Source: Mustelus asterias
Taxonomy: Eukaryota
Direction of reading: 5' to 3'
DNA length: 64,000 nucleotides
Assembly: GCF_964213995.1 (NCBI RefSeq)
Contig: NC_135801.1
Location: forward strand, 145,576,001-145,640,000
Of the stretch, positions 49,401 to 61,526 are shown piece by piece. The notes under the pieces are model-generated. The model saw only the letters and a program-made list of their open reading frames with translations. It searched no databases and was not told the DNA's origin. A program made the translations under genes and the position numbers. How positions within the stretch are numbered: position 1 is the first letter of the stretch; each line of letters begins with the position of its first letter.

Positions 49401-52100
49401 TAGAAAAGGTTCGGTGATTTTGGTTTTCAAAATTCTATTAACAGACATTCTTTAGAGTTGAACATTATATTTTTGTGGAAAAACTACCTGAGCCAATATC
49501 CCAACATATTTTAATTATTGATTTTTAGATTTTGGCGCCTTTAAGCACTGCAACTTTTATTCTCAATTTTCAATGCCAAAGAATTATCCCACTATAAGCA
49601 CTGAAAGATATCCCTTCAGTCTTATTATTAATGACATGGATGAGCAATGATTTTAGATGGAACAATACAGTATGTACTGATGAGAACGTGAATACACAAC
49701 AGAAAATACTTTAATGATCTTTCCACCATTGTTTAGCGCTGTGTCCAAATGGCTTTAGATAGCTTCTTTCGATTGCGGAGAAGTCTTTAGCGTTAGTGAC
49801 AAGAGACAGAAAAAAAACCCTGAACTCGCTGCTTCCAGGTATGAACTATGTGTAAAAGCTCTTTCTATTTCTAGTGAGAACCAAAGAGGCTACCTCACTG
49901 AATTTTTCCATTTGTAATTTTAATCGCGTCGATGATACCAAAGATACCAAAGATTTCTTTCTCTGCACGGTCTGCATTTTGCTCCTGCTCATGTATAGAG
50001 TGTCTCTTAAATACAGCTGCAACTCAGATACCCCAAAGATCTAAATGGTGGTCGCACTCATTCAAAATGTGTGTTTTTTCTGTGCTGTAAAAAGATAATT
50101 TCCTCATTAGAATCCATCATCAAGAGGCCAAATATACCATGTCCATTCAGTGTATCAGTGAACAATAATTTTTGGACTTACAATCAATAACTTTTCAAAG
50201 AACAGCTAATGTCACCAGCGCTTTGTTGTATTGTGTTTATTATCAGTATAGGTGCAAATTATGCAGCAGTTTTGATCGGAATTTATGTAAAATAATTTTT
50301 ATTTCACTCTATGGGAATGCTGCTTTATCAAATTCTATGAAACCAAAATGAGTTAAAGCTTCTAAAATAAACCCAGGAATCTCAGCACAAGCTAGGGCCT
50401 GTAATTACTCTCATATTGTAGCAAAGTGAAAAGTGGCAGATATAACTGCTGTGATGTCACTCAAATTCTTTGTTCAGCTAGCACTGTCTGTATGCTGATT
50501 TTGTTCATATGCAATGCCCTTTTAAAATTTTATTATTAACCTGCAATTCCAAATTCCAGCAAGAAAAAACCCTGAAGTTAATATTTTTTAAAAATTGTAC
50601 GCTGAACTCACTACCATTGCATAGGCTCTTCCAGCTGTCCTTTATGATTTATAGAGGAATTTTGGGTCAATTAAAACATTTGTGATTTGCTGGCTGTTCT
50701 AAATAGCGCTATTGTCCCTCTTATATAATTAATCAATAATTATAATTGTACTAACAAGTAATTCAAATTTACTTCATAACAAATGGCACAAGTTTGTTTA
50801 GGGCATTAAATTTCTTTCGATCTACTTGTATAAACTGTACCCTTGCAAATTTCAGTTAATCAGTTTGCTTTTGCAGCACTGGGTGGAGGGGGTGGGGGTG
50901 GACCTCCGCTATGTAATGTTACCAAAGTCATTACATTTTCATTTAGATGAGAAAAAACCTCTCCTGTGCTGTAAAGATTGATTTGCATTCAATTGAATTC
51001 ATACTGTATGTACTAAGATAATACCAAACCAAACCAGTGCCTAGATTGTCTGATGCTTTAGATCTTTATTAGCTGTAACATGCGCACATCATGTTGCATT
51101 TATGAACACACAGAAAAAAAATAAACAAACACACATCCCGAATCAGTCACCACCATTACCAAAATACCTGTACTCAAAAGAAAAACGAAAATCTAGATGC
51201 ACGCTTTAGTTGCAAAGTGTGATAAACCACGGGACGAGTGCCTTGCTTGAACCAAAGCGGTGTTTCTTTCCAGTTTCTAGACCTCTGTGCATTTTTTTAT
51301 TCCTGTGAATACCTCAGCTTCGAAAAGGCCACCAATTTTTTTATTGCTGGTGAGCCCCTATACTGTGGTGCTTTGCAATGCAACCATGCAAAGAACTAAA
51401 CAAAGATACCAAAGTTTTCTCTCTATCTCAATCTCTATCCTCTCTTTCTCTTTAAGATACCAAAGCTTAAAAAAAATCTGATTGAGTAGGTTAGCAGAGC
51501 AGACCGTGCATTCCTTACCGAATTTTCTCAGATATACCTCATAGATAATAGTGTCTAGGGTGATGTTATTATAGCATATGTAATAAATTATTCACTCGTT
51601 TTTTGGTAACTGTGACTATGATATAAAAAAAAGCTTTATACGTTTTAAGTTGTGATTTTTGTAATAGGTGACAGGTGCGCTTATGGAAGGATTGTAAATG
51701 TTTCATGGAATTTGGGGAAGTTGCAGAACGAGCCCAAAGTTTACAGTTTTCATATTCTAAAGAAACAATCCGTTGTTTTTTTTTCCTTTGTGTGTATGTA
51801 TGTGTTTAAAATGCATTTATTTCCACATTGTCCTACATAGATTTATTGACTAATTGTTATGTGTTAAAAATGTAGTGTTAAGATTAGCAACTGCCAGTGC
51901 TATAATTTTATGCATGAGGCTGTATAAATTTAGCAAAGGTGATGCATTGTGATTATTGAGAGTAATATTTTTTAATTTAAGAAAATAGATTTTTTTTTCT
52001 TTTTTTAAAATAGATTTTATTTATGCATGAGAGCCTGTTATTTGTTAGACATTGTGGAACAGTTGTGTATATATTGAACTGTGAAAGCAAACGCAGTTGA
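46465..52100 (+). promoter_or_regulatory. ONECUT2: Probable long ONECUT2 3'UTR (3' end uncertain)
   Basis: Repeat-free, AT-rich, dense in sense-strand miR-218/miR-9/let-7 seed matches; AATAAA at 46577, 47275, 50366, 51120, 51582. Mammalian ONECUT2 has a very long 3'UTR. Confidence 0.6.
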
Positions 52101-53717
52101 ATTGATTACACGGGAAAAGTTGGCGCACAGTGCTTGGGATGGGTTGATGTGTCAATTTTTTTTAAAGAGTCAAAATTAAGACTTACCAGAAACAAAAAAT
52201 CAAATCCTACTCAAAACTGATAGGGTCCTTCAAATCATACTACAGCCACTTACAATGGCTTTCAACAGTTGGACATTATTATAGTGAGAGAACGCATTTT
52301 ACAGATCATGAAAATACCCAAACAGAATTAATTCAGTCATACGGTAGAATTTCTGATGTATGGATGTTTGTAGCTAGAACTCTTGGTCAATCTGATCAGG
52401 GGAGAGGTGATTTTGTTTTGTTATTTATTTGCCAAAGGTGAGGATGGGGTACATAAGTTTTGACCAGAGGAGAGACAGTCAACAGATGCTTGTTCATTTG
52501 TATGCTTTTTTTTTCTCTTCCAGAAATCTATTTGTGTTCTTCCATAGGCCAACGAATGACTCAGTGTATAAAAAATGCACTTCTGATCATTTTTTTCAAA
52601 TTTAGATTGGGACAAGACTGCTGTTTCCAATCTCACTAAATACTTTTAAATCAAAAGGTTTTTTTTCCTTATGATTTTAAAGAAATGATGAACATAAGAG
52701 GAGATGTGAGTTGATGCAAAGATTGTTTCGTGCATTAATCAATACTGAGTGAAAGGGAGTTAATTATTATTGACTAATGCATGCCAGGATTAGTTCTTCT
52801 TTTGCATTTTGCTTAAATCCAATTCTATCGGGCTTCAGTAAACAACATGTGACAGTTGTTGAGAATGCCAGCATTCTACAACTCCAACATTTACAAGAGT
52901 GACTGATTTCAACATTTTTAAAGGTTGCCTAGATGGCTACTTTTCAACCTCTTTGGAAAACACATTGGGGGCAACCTTAATCGCACCTGGCTGTAGGGAA
53001 ACCTAATACATTGGTATAATGGTAGTTTCACACACAGCCTGATTTACTCATTATTGCAGTTAATGAAGAATAATATGGGAGGGGTATGCAACTGACATTC
53101 CACACAACCCTGTACATTTCCCACCTGCTGGAAGAGGTGAAAATTATGCCCATTGTGTCCTACTAGGTATGCTTTTCTGTGCCTTGATCTCTAATGAGTT
53201 CACTACTATACTTATTTTTTCATCCTTTCCAGTGTAAGTGCACATGTACTTCCCTTCACTATTCTTGCGGTTTCCTTCTTTCCAATAATGGTGCTGTCTC
53301 ATGCTGCGGCATTGTTACTCTCCAGGATGTCCCAATTGCATACTTCATGAATGAGTCTAGGTGACAATGCAGACTCCCCTCTGATTCTCTACCTAACCAG
53401 AAGAAGAGTATCTTTTGGTACAGAACGTAAATTTGCAATGTCTGCTTCTTCCTGCAGATGTGTTGATACCATTTGCACATTTGCTTCATAACTTTCCTTT
53501 GCTATTGTTTTCTATTGTTCTTCTGTTGTGTTTTCTATTTCAATTTCAGATTTCTGTTCCTCCCTGTTTGATAATGTCATTGAAACATTTGTGGAATAGA
53601 TTGAGGGGAGGACCCTCAATTTGCCAGAGAAGCAACAATGTGGAATAAAGAGCATGATTCTCATGACACCATGATCAGTGGAATGAAGTCAAGCAAAGCT
53701 CTCTTTGGAACTGTATG

Positions 53718-54218
53718 AGGATGTGGAGGCTTTGGAGAGGGTGCAGAGGAGGTTTACCAGGATGTTGCCTGGTATGGAGGGGAGATCCTAAGAGGAGAGG
53801 CTGAGGGATTTGGGATTGTTTTCGCTGGAAAGGCGGCGGCTAAGAGGGGATCTTATTGAAACATATAAGATGATTAGAGGTTTAGATAGGGTGGATAGTG
53901 ATAGCCTTTTTCCTCTGATGGAGAAATCCAGCACGAGGGGGCATGGCTTTAAATTGAGGGGGGGTAGTTATAGAACCGATGTCAGGGGTAGGTTCTTTAC
54001 CCAGAGGGTGGTGAGGGATTGGAATGCCCTGCCAGCATCAGTAGTAAATGCGCCTAGTTTGGAGGCGTTTAAGAGATCCGTAGATAGGTTCATGGACGAA
54101 AAGAAATTGGTTTAGGTTGGAGGGTCACAGTTTTTTTTTTTAACTGGTCGGTGCAACATCGTGGGCCGAAGGGCCTGTTCTGCGCTGTAATGTTCTATGT
54201 TCTATGTTCTATGTTCTA
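53718..54218 (+). mobile_element. Very young 5'-truncated CR1 LINE
   Basis: RT C-terminus (LFSLERRRLRGDLIETYK...FFTQRVV), (TGTTCTA)n tail; near-identical to 59017-59516 reverse. Confidence 0.95.
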
Positions 54219-54465
54219 TTTCCGAATGAAACAGAAAATTAAAACAAATTGGCCAATTCATGAGGTGACAAGTCTATTTTTGAAGTTATGATTTGGTGCC
54301 ATTCTTACTTCGATGCCAAATTATCATATTAAAGCTGACCCACTCAAATAAACAGAACTGTAGTTTCTAAATTGAGGATTAAACATTATCCTGGTGCTCT
54401 CATGGTGAATCAATGGATACATCTAGCACTAAATAATACCAGCCAGGAAGATCCCAGTCCGATCT

Positions 54466-54789
54466 GGACAGCATGGTGGCACAGTGGTTAGCACTGCTGC
54501 CTCACAGCACCAGGGTCCCAGGTTCAATTCCGGCCTCAGGTCACTGTTGTGTGGAGTTTGCACATTCTCCCCGTGTCTGCGTGTGTTTCCTCTGGGTTCT
54601 CTGATCCCACAGTCCAAAGATGTGCGGGTTAGGTTGATTGGCCATGATAAATTGTCTGTTAGCGTCAGGGGGATTAACAGGGTAAAATGCGTGGGGCTGC
54701 GGGAATAGGGCCTGGGTGGGATTATGGTTGGTGCAGACTCAATGGGCTGAATGGCCTCCTTCTATATTGTAGGGATTCTATGATCCTAT
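54466..54789 (+). mobile_element. HE1-type V-SINE, tail A
   Basis: Head, core and GGGATTCTATGA tail. Confidence 0.88.
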
Positions 54790-55311
54790 AAATCTCTGAC
54801 CTTTGCTGAATTAGCTGATTTCAACTGTGCTGGCAGTTGCGAGTGCCAAAATGAGCCCCACATCAGCCAGTTTCCCACAATTAATCTAGTAACCCTGATA
54901 GCTGAGGAATGAAGGCCCAATCAGGCACGGGTACAATACATCCCCTTGGTCTTGTAGCATAACAACACCAACTGCTAACTTCATATATGTGTTAGGCTCC
55001 AGGGAGAGGCTAGGAGCCATTGAACTTTTGTTTTGCAAGGAAGATAGCCTTCAGGAGTGGAAAGGAAATGGTGGAGAAAAATTGGGGTAAATTTAGGCTG
55101 GAGGCTACATCCAAGGGTTTCCTCCCACCCCCAAGTTGAGTTATCAGTGATGATTTCCAGTGTTTGTCATTTGTAGCAAACTCATAAATGTGTGAATAAA
55201 ACGTATGTCACTACAAATAGTGAATAAAGGAACTAACCTCCAACTAATCTGATTTTCTTCTGGCTGCTTATTTCCTTCTAAAACAGAAGTTTACATAAGA
55301 TACTTAGCTCT

Positions 55312-55557
55312 GATTCTTCATCCAAAGAGTGGTGAGCCTGTAGAATTCATTACCACAGGAGGTAGTTGATGCCAAAACATTGAATATATTCAAGAGGCGG
55401 CTGGATATTGCACTTGGGGCGAATGGGATCAAAGGTAATGGGGAGAAAGCAGGATTAGGCTTTTGAGTTGGACGATAAGCCATGATTGTAATGAATGGCA
55501 GAGCAGGCTCGAAGGGCCAAATGGCCTCCTCCTACTCCTATCTTCTATGTTTCTATG
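55312..55557 (+). mobile_element. CR1 3' end fragment
   Basis: TTCTTCATCCAAAGAGTGGTGAG...GGCTCGAAGGGCCAAATGGCCT...TTCTATGTTTCTATG. Confidence 0.85.
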
Positions 55558-55699
55558 TAGAAGGTCACAAAAAATCTATAACAGTTTAGGTTAAAGCAAA
55601 ACAAAAGGAGGAACGTTAGTTTAGTCTAATAAACAAAGTTTCCTGATAATATCCGAGTGGGATTGCAAATAAAAGTGAAAAAGTAACAAAGGGTTTGGA

Positions 55700-56530
55700 T
55701 ATATTAGGAAATTGATCTGACAAATAGCTGGTGTTGTTTAAGTGGATAAGACTGAGGAAGGGAAACAAGATGTAGTAGGATTATGAGCCAAATTAGATGC
55801 ATGAGAAGGGCCTGGGGCTACTTGCAGTTAATGACCTAAATAAAAAATGGGCATAGTTTGTGGCAAGAGTAAAGAAAGGAAACGTGACTTTAGGTTATAT
55901 AGGCAGAAGGATTAAATCCTTGGAAGTGATAACATATGTGGACAAAGCATACAACTAACTTCATTTGGAATAGCTTGTACAATTTCACATACCATTGGAG
56001 AGGATGCAGTGAAGGGGAATTGATGCCTTCGATTAGCTAAGCTGAGGTTTAAGGAGAGGCAACAGAAACCAGAGACCTTATCGAGGTACTGAAGATTCTA
56101 AGGACAATGGTGCATAGAATAGGTTATGTTAAAAGAGGAAAGCTTCATACATTCACATACTGAACTCAGTGTTATTTTAACAGAGGTATTAACATGTTTA
56201 AATAAATGGGTTAACGTATTAATTAAAATAGTGTACAGAAAATGTCAGGAGAGCTTGTTGAATCATTGTTTGTTAATATCACTAACTGATTGGGCAAGTT
56301 GAATGCTCATAAACATAACCATAAACATTACAGTAAAGATTATATAAACCAAGCTCAGACTTAACAACTTCACACAGATAGTGGTGAATATGTGGTACAG
56401 ATTGTGGGGACAACGAAGGGTGAAAATATTGTAAGTTGAAGAAGAAACTGATTTTATTTGGCAGAGAAAGTGATTGCGATGTGAGGGAAATTGAGTAGTA
56501 TTTCTGGGACTGACTTGATGGATCAGAATG
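55700..56530 (+). mobile_element. Highly decayed CR1-like remnant (boundaries approximate)
   Basis: Weak motifs TTGGAGAGGATGCAG (LERMQ) and GACCTTATCGAGGTACTGAAGATT (DLIEVLKI). Confidence 0.4.
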
Positions 56531-57459
56531 GATCATAACTTAATCAGCTTTGTCTCTTAGACTCAACTAGTGCCTCCTCCTTTTCTTTTACTTTACTCTG
56601 AGTCAAAGTCACTTGCTTTAATATTCTATTTAATATAAACAGTCCTGCATATTACAAAATTCCTGTGGCTCCTGGTACGCACTGTAATGATTGACAGATT
56701 TTTTTTGTGAGCAGCACAAGCACATGATACTGATCAATATATTAAATTCATTTCAACGGATTTTACTTAATGTGTCGAAAACTTAGGTTATGGCAGGTTG
56801 ATTCTGAAAAACGGAACCCTGAAGTGAAGGCAGAAAATAAAATGACATATTGTTACAACTGAAATGATATCCTATCTTTCAGCTTCAAATGCTGTTCAAA
56901 CTGTTGTGTATTTCCCATATTTTAGTAATTTATTGTTTATTAAGCAACTGCATATTTTTGGTGCACCATTGAGCGCAGTAAACCTACTCTGATCCATACT
57001 CGATTAATAAAATAGGAATCCATAAAACAGTATTCTCCAGCTCCAGCTACAATAGTAATTATGCATGGATATCAACTACTGGATAAAACCAGAGGAAAAT
57101 AGATGCAGTGGGTTCAGTATACCTTCAGACCAGTTGTACTAGAATAGATATTTTCTACGTAAAGTTTCACTAAAATGGTCCCAAGTCTAATTATAGCTTA
57201 GTTTTAACTATAATAATGTAATGTTTCTCAGGTGGTCAGTCTGATAATGTCACAGAAGCAATTGTGTAGATTATTTACATCCTCAGTTCACAAACTAGCT
57301 TACAATATTTCTGAAAAGTTTTGGAAACTTAGATCCCAAATGTGATCCAAGAGATCCCACCGTGGACCTCAGCATCCATCTCAGTGACTCCCATTGACTA
57401 TCTGGCTCTAGTAAGAAGTCTCACAACACCAGGTTAAAGTCCAACAGGTTTATTTGGAA

Positions 57460-57496
57460 TCACGAGCTTTCGGAGCGCGGCTCCTTCATCAGGTGA
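57460..57496 (-). ncRNA. Minimal type I hammerhead ribozyme motif (left arm)
   Basis: TCAC-CTGATGA-A-GGAGC(CGC)GCTCC-GAA-AGCT-C-GTGA. Confidence 0.7.
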
Positions 57497-57504
57497 GTGA
57501 TCAC

Positions 57505-57541
57505 TTACCTGATGAAGGAGCCGCGCTCCGAAAGCTCGTGA
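57505..57541 (+). ncRNA. Minimal type I hammerhead ribozyme motif (right arm)
   Basis: TTAC-CTGATGA-A-GGAGC(CGC)GCTCC-GAA-AGCT-C-GTGA; predicted cleavage 3' of C57537. Confidence 0.7.
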
Positions 57542-58388
57542 TTCCAAATAAACCTGTTGAACTTTAACCTAGTGTTGTGAGACTTCTTACCGTGCCCACC
57601 CCAGTCCAACATTGGCATTTCCACATCTGGTTCTTAGTAGATACATTAGTTTAATGCTCAACTTTAACTTGTTTAAATTTTATGAGTAATGTTTGATTAA
57701 AAAAATAAATACAAGGCAAGAGATGGCAGGTTATGTTGAAAAGTTAATTAATAAGTGGATTGCCAAATCTTTTGGGACTTACAGTAAGTTCAGTTGTGAC
57801 ATCAAAAGCTGGTGTATATTGACAGTACTGCTGTTTGATGTCACAATCTTTGCTTCTGGACATGAATCATGAATTCTTGTTATATCCCATAATGACATTT
57901 TAGTTTATTACACTACCAGGAAATCCAATTCTCTTCAAACTCATTACTTTTGTTATTTGATATTATGGAAAATCAAAAATAATCTGAAATATATTAAAAA
58001 TACAATTAAGCATTTAATTGATCTGAAACAACTTTTTGAAATTCTGTCAGGTGAAAGGTCACTGCTAATGTTTTGACTGAGTCTGTTATGGTGTAATTTA
58101 GTCCATTATTATCCCTTGCAGATCAAAATTTTAATAGCTATGTTTATGCCAACATAGTGGAAAAGTGGAGCAACAGTTTCCCAACATATAATTAATTTCA
58201 AAAACTGTTAGCTTTATGCCACAGATTTGGCATCCCATTTATTTATTCGTAAAGGTTTCTTGGACCCAACAGTAATAGAAATTTAGGAGCAACTCAAGTA
58301 CGATTTAACAATAGAATATTTTCTATGATGCCTGCTAAATTTTCAAAGACAATTTTCAAAGCCCATTTCCTGGTCACGGTATGGTCCT

Positions 58389-58733
58389 GGGCGGCACGGT
58401 AACATAATGGTTAGCACTGCTGCTTCACAGCTCCAGGGACCTGGGTTCGATTCCCGGCTTGGGTCACTGTCTGTGTGGAGTTTGCACATTCTCCTTGTGT
58501 CTGCGTGGGTTTCCTCCGGGTGCTCCGGTTTCCTCCCACAGGCCAAAGATGTGCGGGTTAGGTTGATTGGCCATGCTAAAATTGCCCCTTAGTGTGCTGA
58601 GATGTGTAGGTTAGAGGGATTAGTGGGTAAATATGTAGGGATATCGGGGTAGGGCCTGGGTGGGATTGTGGTCGGTGCAGACTTGATGGGCCAAATGGCC
58701 TCTTTCTGCACTGTAGGATTTCTATGATTCTGT
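58389..58733 (+). mobile_element. HE1-type V-SINE, tail A
   Basis: GGGCGGCACGGT head to TTTCTATGATTCTGTG tail. Confidence 0.92.
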
Positions 58734-59016
58734 GGTCAAGTTTGCCATACAGAGATTTGGATGTTCTCGATCAGAACCCATATAATGGCATAATTTCCAG
58801 TTTATCAGGCCAAGTACTCATTATAGACCCTGTCTAATCATTGCAAATGCTTCCCATTTAGATGAAATGTGGAAAATAATTTTCAATATTGTTTTATTAT
58901 TTTATTGACAAAAACAAAATAACTACATGTCATGATTTGAAGTCTTCTGGTGTTAAATTAGATATACATTAATTAAAAAGTTGCACATAGAAGAAATGCT
59001 CCTTTATAAATACGTT

Positions 59017-60167
59017 ATAGAACATAGAACATAGAACATAGAACATTACAGCGCAGAACAGGCCCTTCGGCCCACGATGTTGCACCGACCAGTTAAAAAA
59101 AAACTGTGACCCTCCAACCTAAACCAATTTCTTTTCGTCCATGAACCTATCTACGGATCTCTTAAACGCCCCCAAACTAGGCGCATTTACTACTGATGCT
59201 GGCAGGGCATTCCAATCCCTCACCACCCTCTGGGTAAAGAACCTACCCCTGACATCGGTTCTATAACTACCCCCCCTCAATTTAAAGCCATGCCCCCTCG
59301 TGCTGGATTTCTCCATCAGAGGAAAAAGGCTATCACTATCCACCCTATCTAAACCTCTAATCATCTTATATGTTTCAATAAGATCCCCTCTTAGCCGCCG
59401 CCTTTCCAGCGAAAACAATCCCAAATCCCTCAGCCTCTCCTCATAGGATCTCCCCTCCATACCAGGCAACATCCTGGTAAACCTCCTCTGCACCCTCTCC
59501 AAAGCCTCCACATCCTTCCTGTAATGTGGGGACCAGAACTGCACACAGTACTCCAAGTGCGGCCGCACCAGAGTTGTGTACAGTTGCAACATAACGCTAC
59601 GACTCCTAAATTCAATCCCCCTACCAATAAACGCCAAGACACCATATGCCTTCTTAACAACCTTATCTACTTGATTCCCAACTTTCAGGGATCTATGCAC
59701 ACATACACCTAGATCCCTCTGCTCCTCCACACTATTCAAAGTCCTCCCGTTAGCCCTATACTCAACACATCTGTTATTCCTACCAAAGTGAATTACCTCA
59801 CACTTCTCCGCATTAAACTCCATCCGCCACCTCTCGGCCCAACTTTGCAACCTGTCTAAGTCTTCCTGCAAACTACGACACCCTTCCTCACTGTCTACCA
59901 CACCACCGACTTTGGTGTCATCAGCAAATTTGCTAATCCACCCAACTATACCCTCATCCAGATCATTAATAAATATTACAAACAGCAGTGGCCCCAAAAC
60001 AGATCCCTGAGGTACACCACTTGTAACCGCACTCCATGATGAATATTTACTATCAACCACCACCCTCTGTTTCCTATCCGCTAGCCAATTCCTGATCCAA
60101 TTTCCTAGATCACCCCCAATCCCATACATCTGCATTTTCTGCAGAAGCCTACCATGGTGAACCTTAT
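59017..60167 (-). mobile_element. Very young 5'-truncated CR1 LINE with uninterrupted RT C-terminal frame
   Basis: ORF 59119-60195: GVPQGSVLGPLLF, KFADDTK, KCEVIHFG, LVRPHLEYCVQFWSP; (ATAGAAC)n tail. The ORF start lies in flanking DNA. Confidence 0.97.
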
Positions 60168-61526
60168 GTGAGAATATAAAAGTTCGCAGGTTCAAAAATC
60201 GACAAATTATTTATTTCAAATTATGATCAATTTATGAAATGTTAATCTGGTGCTGTGATGTAATTTTGTCCCATTTATCTACAAGTATTAGCTTCACAAT
60301 TTATGCTCACATTCAAATTTTAAAGTGAGTAGATAAAGTCACACAAAATCATATTGTCTGGCGAAATCAGTTTTGTGGACTATCCAAACATTTGTAAAAT
60401 GTTCCCATGTTTTTGGACAAGAGCAGCCCTATGCACAATTCATCAAAAATTAGGCCGTAGCTTTACTACGCTAGGTGCAATCTTTTCCTAACCATAGGGT
60501 CAAGCACCAGTGCATTATCCCATGCTCCAGAGTTCAAGAACTTCAAGCAAATTATGCCAAAATGGGGAAAATTGTACATCCTGAGAACATTAAAGTCAGC
60601 TGGGCACCTGAAATTGGTGTTGAAAGCTGTGGGTTCAGTATCTCAAGAGGGCATCTGGCCACTGTGGACTGTGTAAATTTAACTCCTGATATTTTGGTGC
60701 CATATCTCTGTGTGGATTTGAAAAGTTACTCATTGTATACCTTTGCATTCAGGAAGCATTCAGAGTTTAATAATTTCTGGAGAACCGTGTTAATCACTAA
60801 ACAGACGCAACCAAATTTAAACTAAGCATAATTCCAGGAAACAAGTACTAAATCTTTATTCATTAACTTAAATATTTATTGTAGTTTCTAACCATTATCC
60901 AGATGGATAAAGGTTTACTCTGAGTGTGTGTTTTGGTTTTCTATTTATCTCTCCTGTCCTAACAGCAATAGTGGTTCTTTCTGGATTATAGAACCGTGGG
61001 CACCAGGAGCTTTCTGATGCCTTGGCCAATGCTGTTTAAGATTAGCTTTGCGCTGACCAGAGATTGAAACTGAAATATTCCTGATTTGAATGACTCAGTA
61101 AATATCAGATTGCATCTCTGCCAATTAAGCCACCAAATGTGCTCCGGGTGTAGGTTTATGTCAATGATGTCACTGTACTGCAGTTTTTACGGCTCACTTG
61201 TTAATAGGTTCAACCAAATATGAGTCATGTTGGTTCCTAGAATTCAAAATAATAAACAGAGCTTTTGATTTCAATCGGGGTTCAAAATGAGTGATATTGG
61301 ATTGGTCGTGCGTAATGCTCCCCACCAATTTCCCTTTCTAATCCAACGTCATCTCTTTTGCATGGTTGCCAAAGTTGAAAGTTCCATATTTATGGGACAT
61401 AACATTTTGAAGATGACTGTGCTTTGCGATATAACCAAAGCTCAAGCATTTAAAATAATTTTCTCAGCTCCTGATATAGCTGAATCGAACAGTTATAACT
61501 TTCAAAGTTGTCTTTCATGGCCAACA

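Larger units (their letters stand above)
57411..57625. mobile_element. Penelope-type terminal repeat as a head-to-head 180-bp palindrome (57411-57590) plus 3' extension
   Basis: Two 90-bp arms, no spacer, 3 mismatches; flanked by ATCTGGCTCT / ATCTGGTTCT (likely TSD); same family as 35153-35326. Confidence 0.85.

Noticed and set aside
49678-49710. CTGATGA...GAAA in the 3'UTR
   Set aside because: No closing stem II pair and no stem I/III; not a hammerhead.
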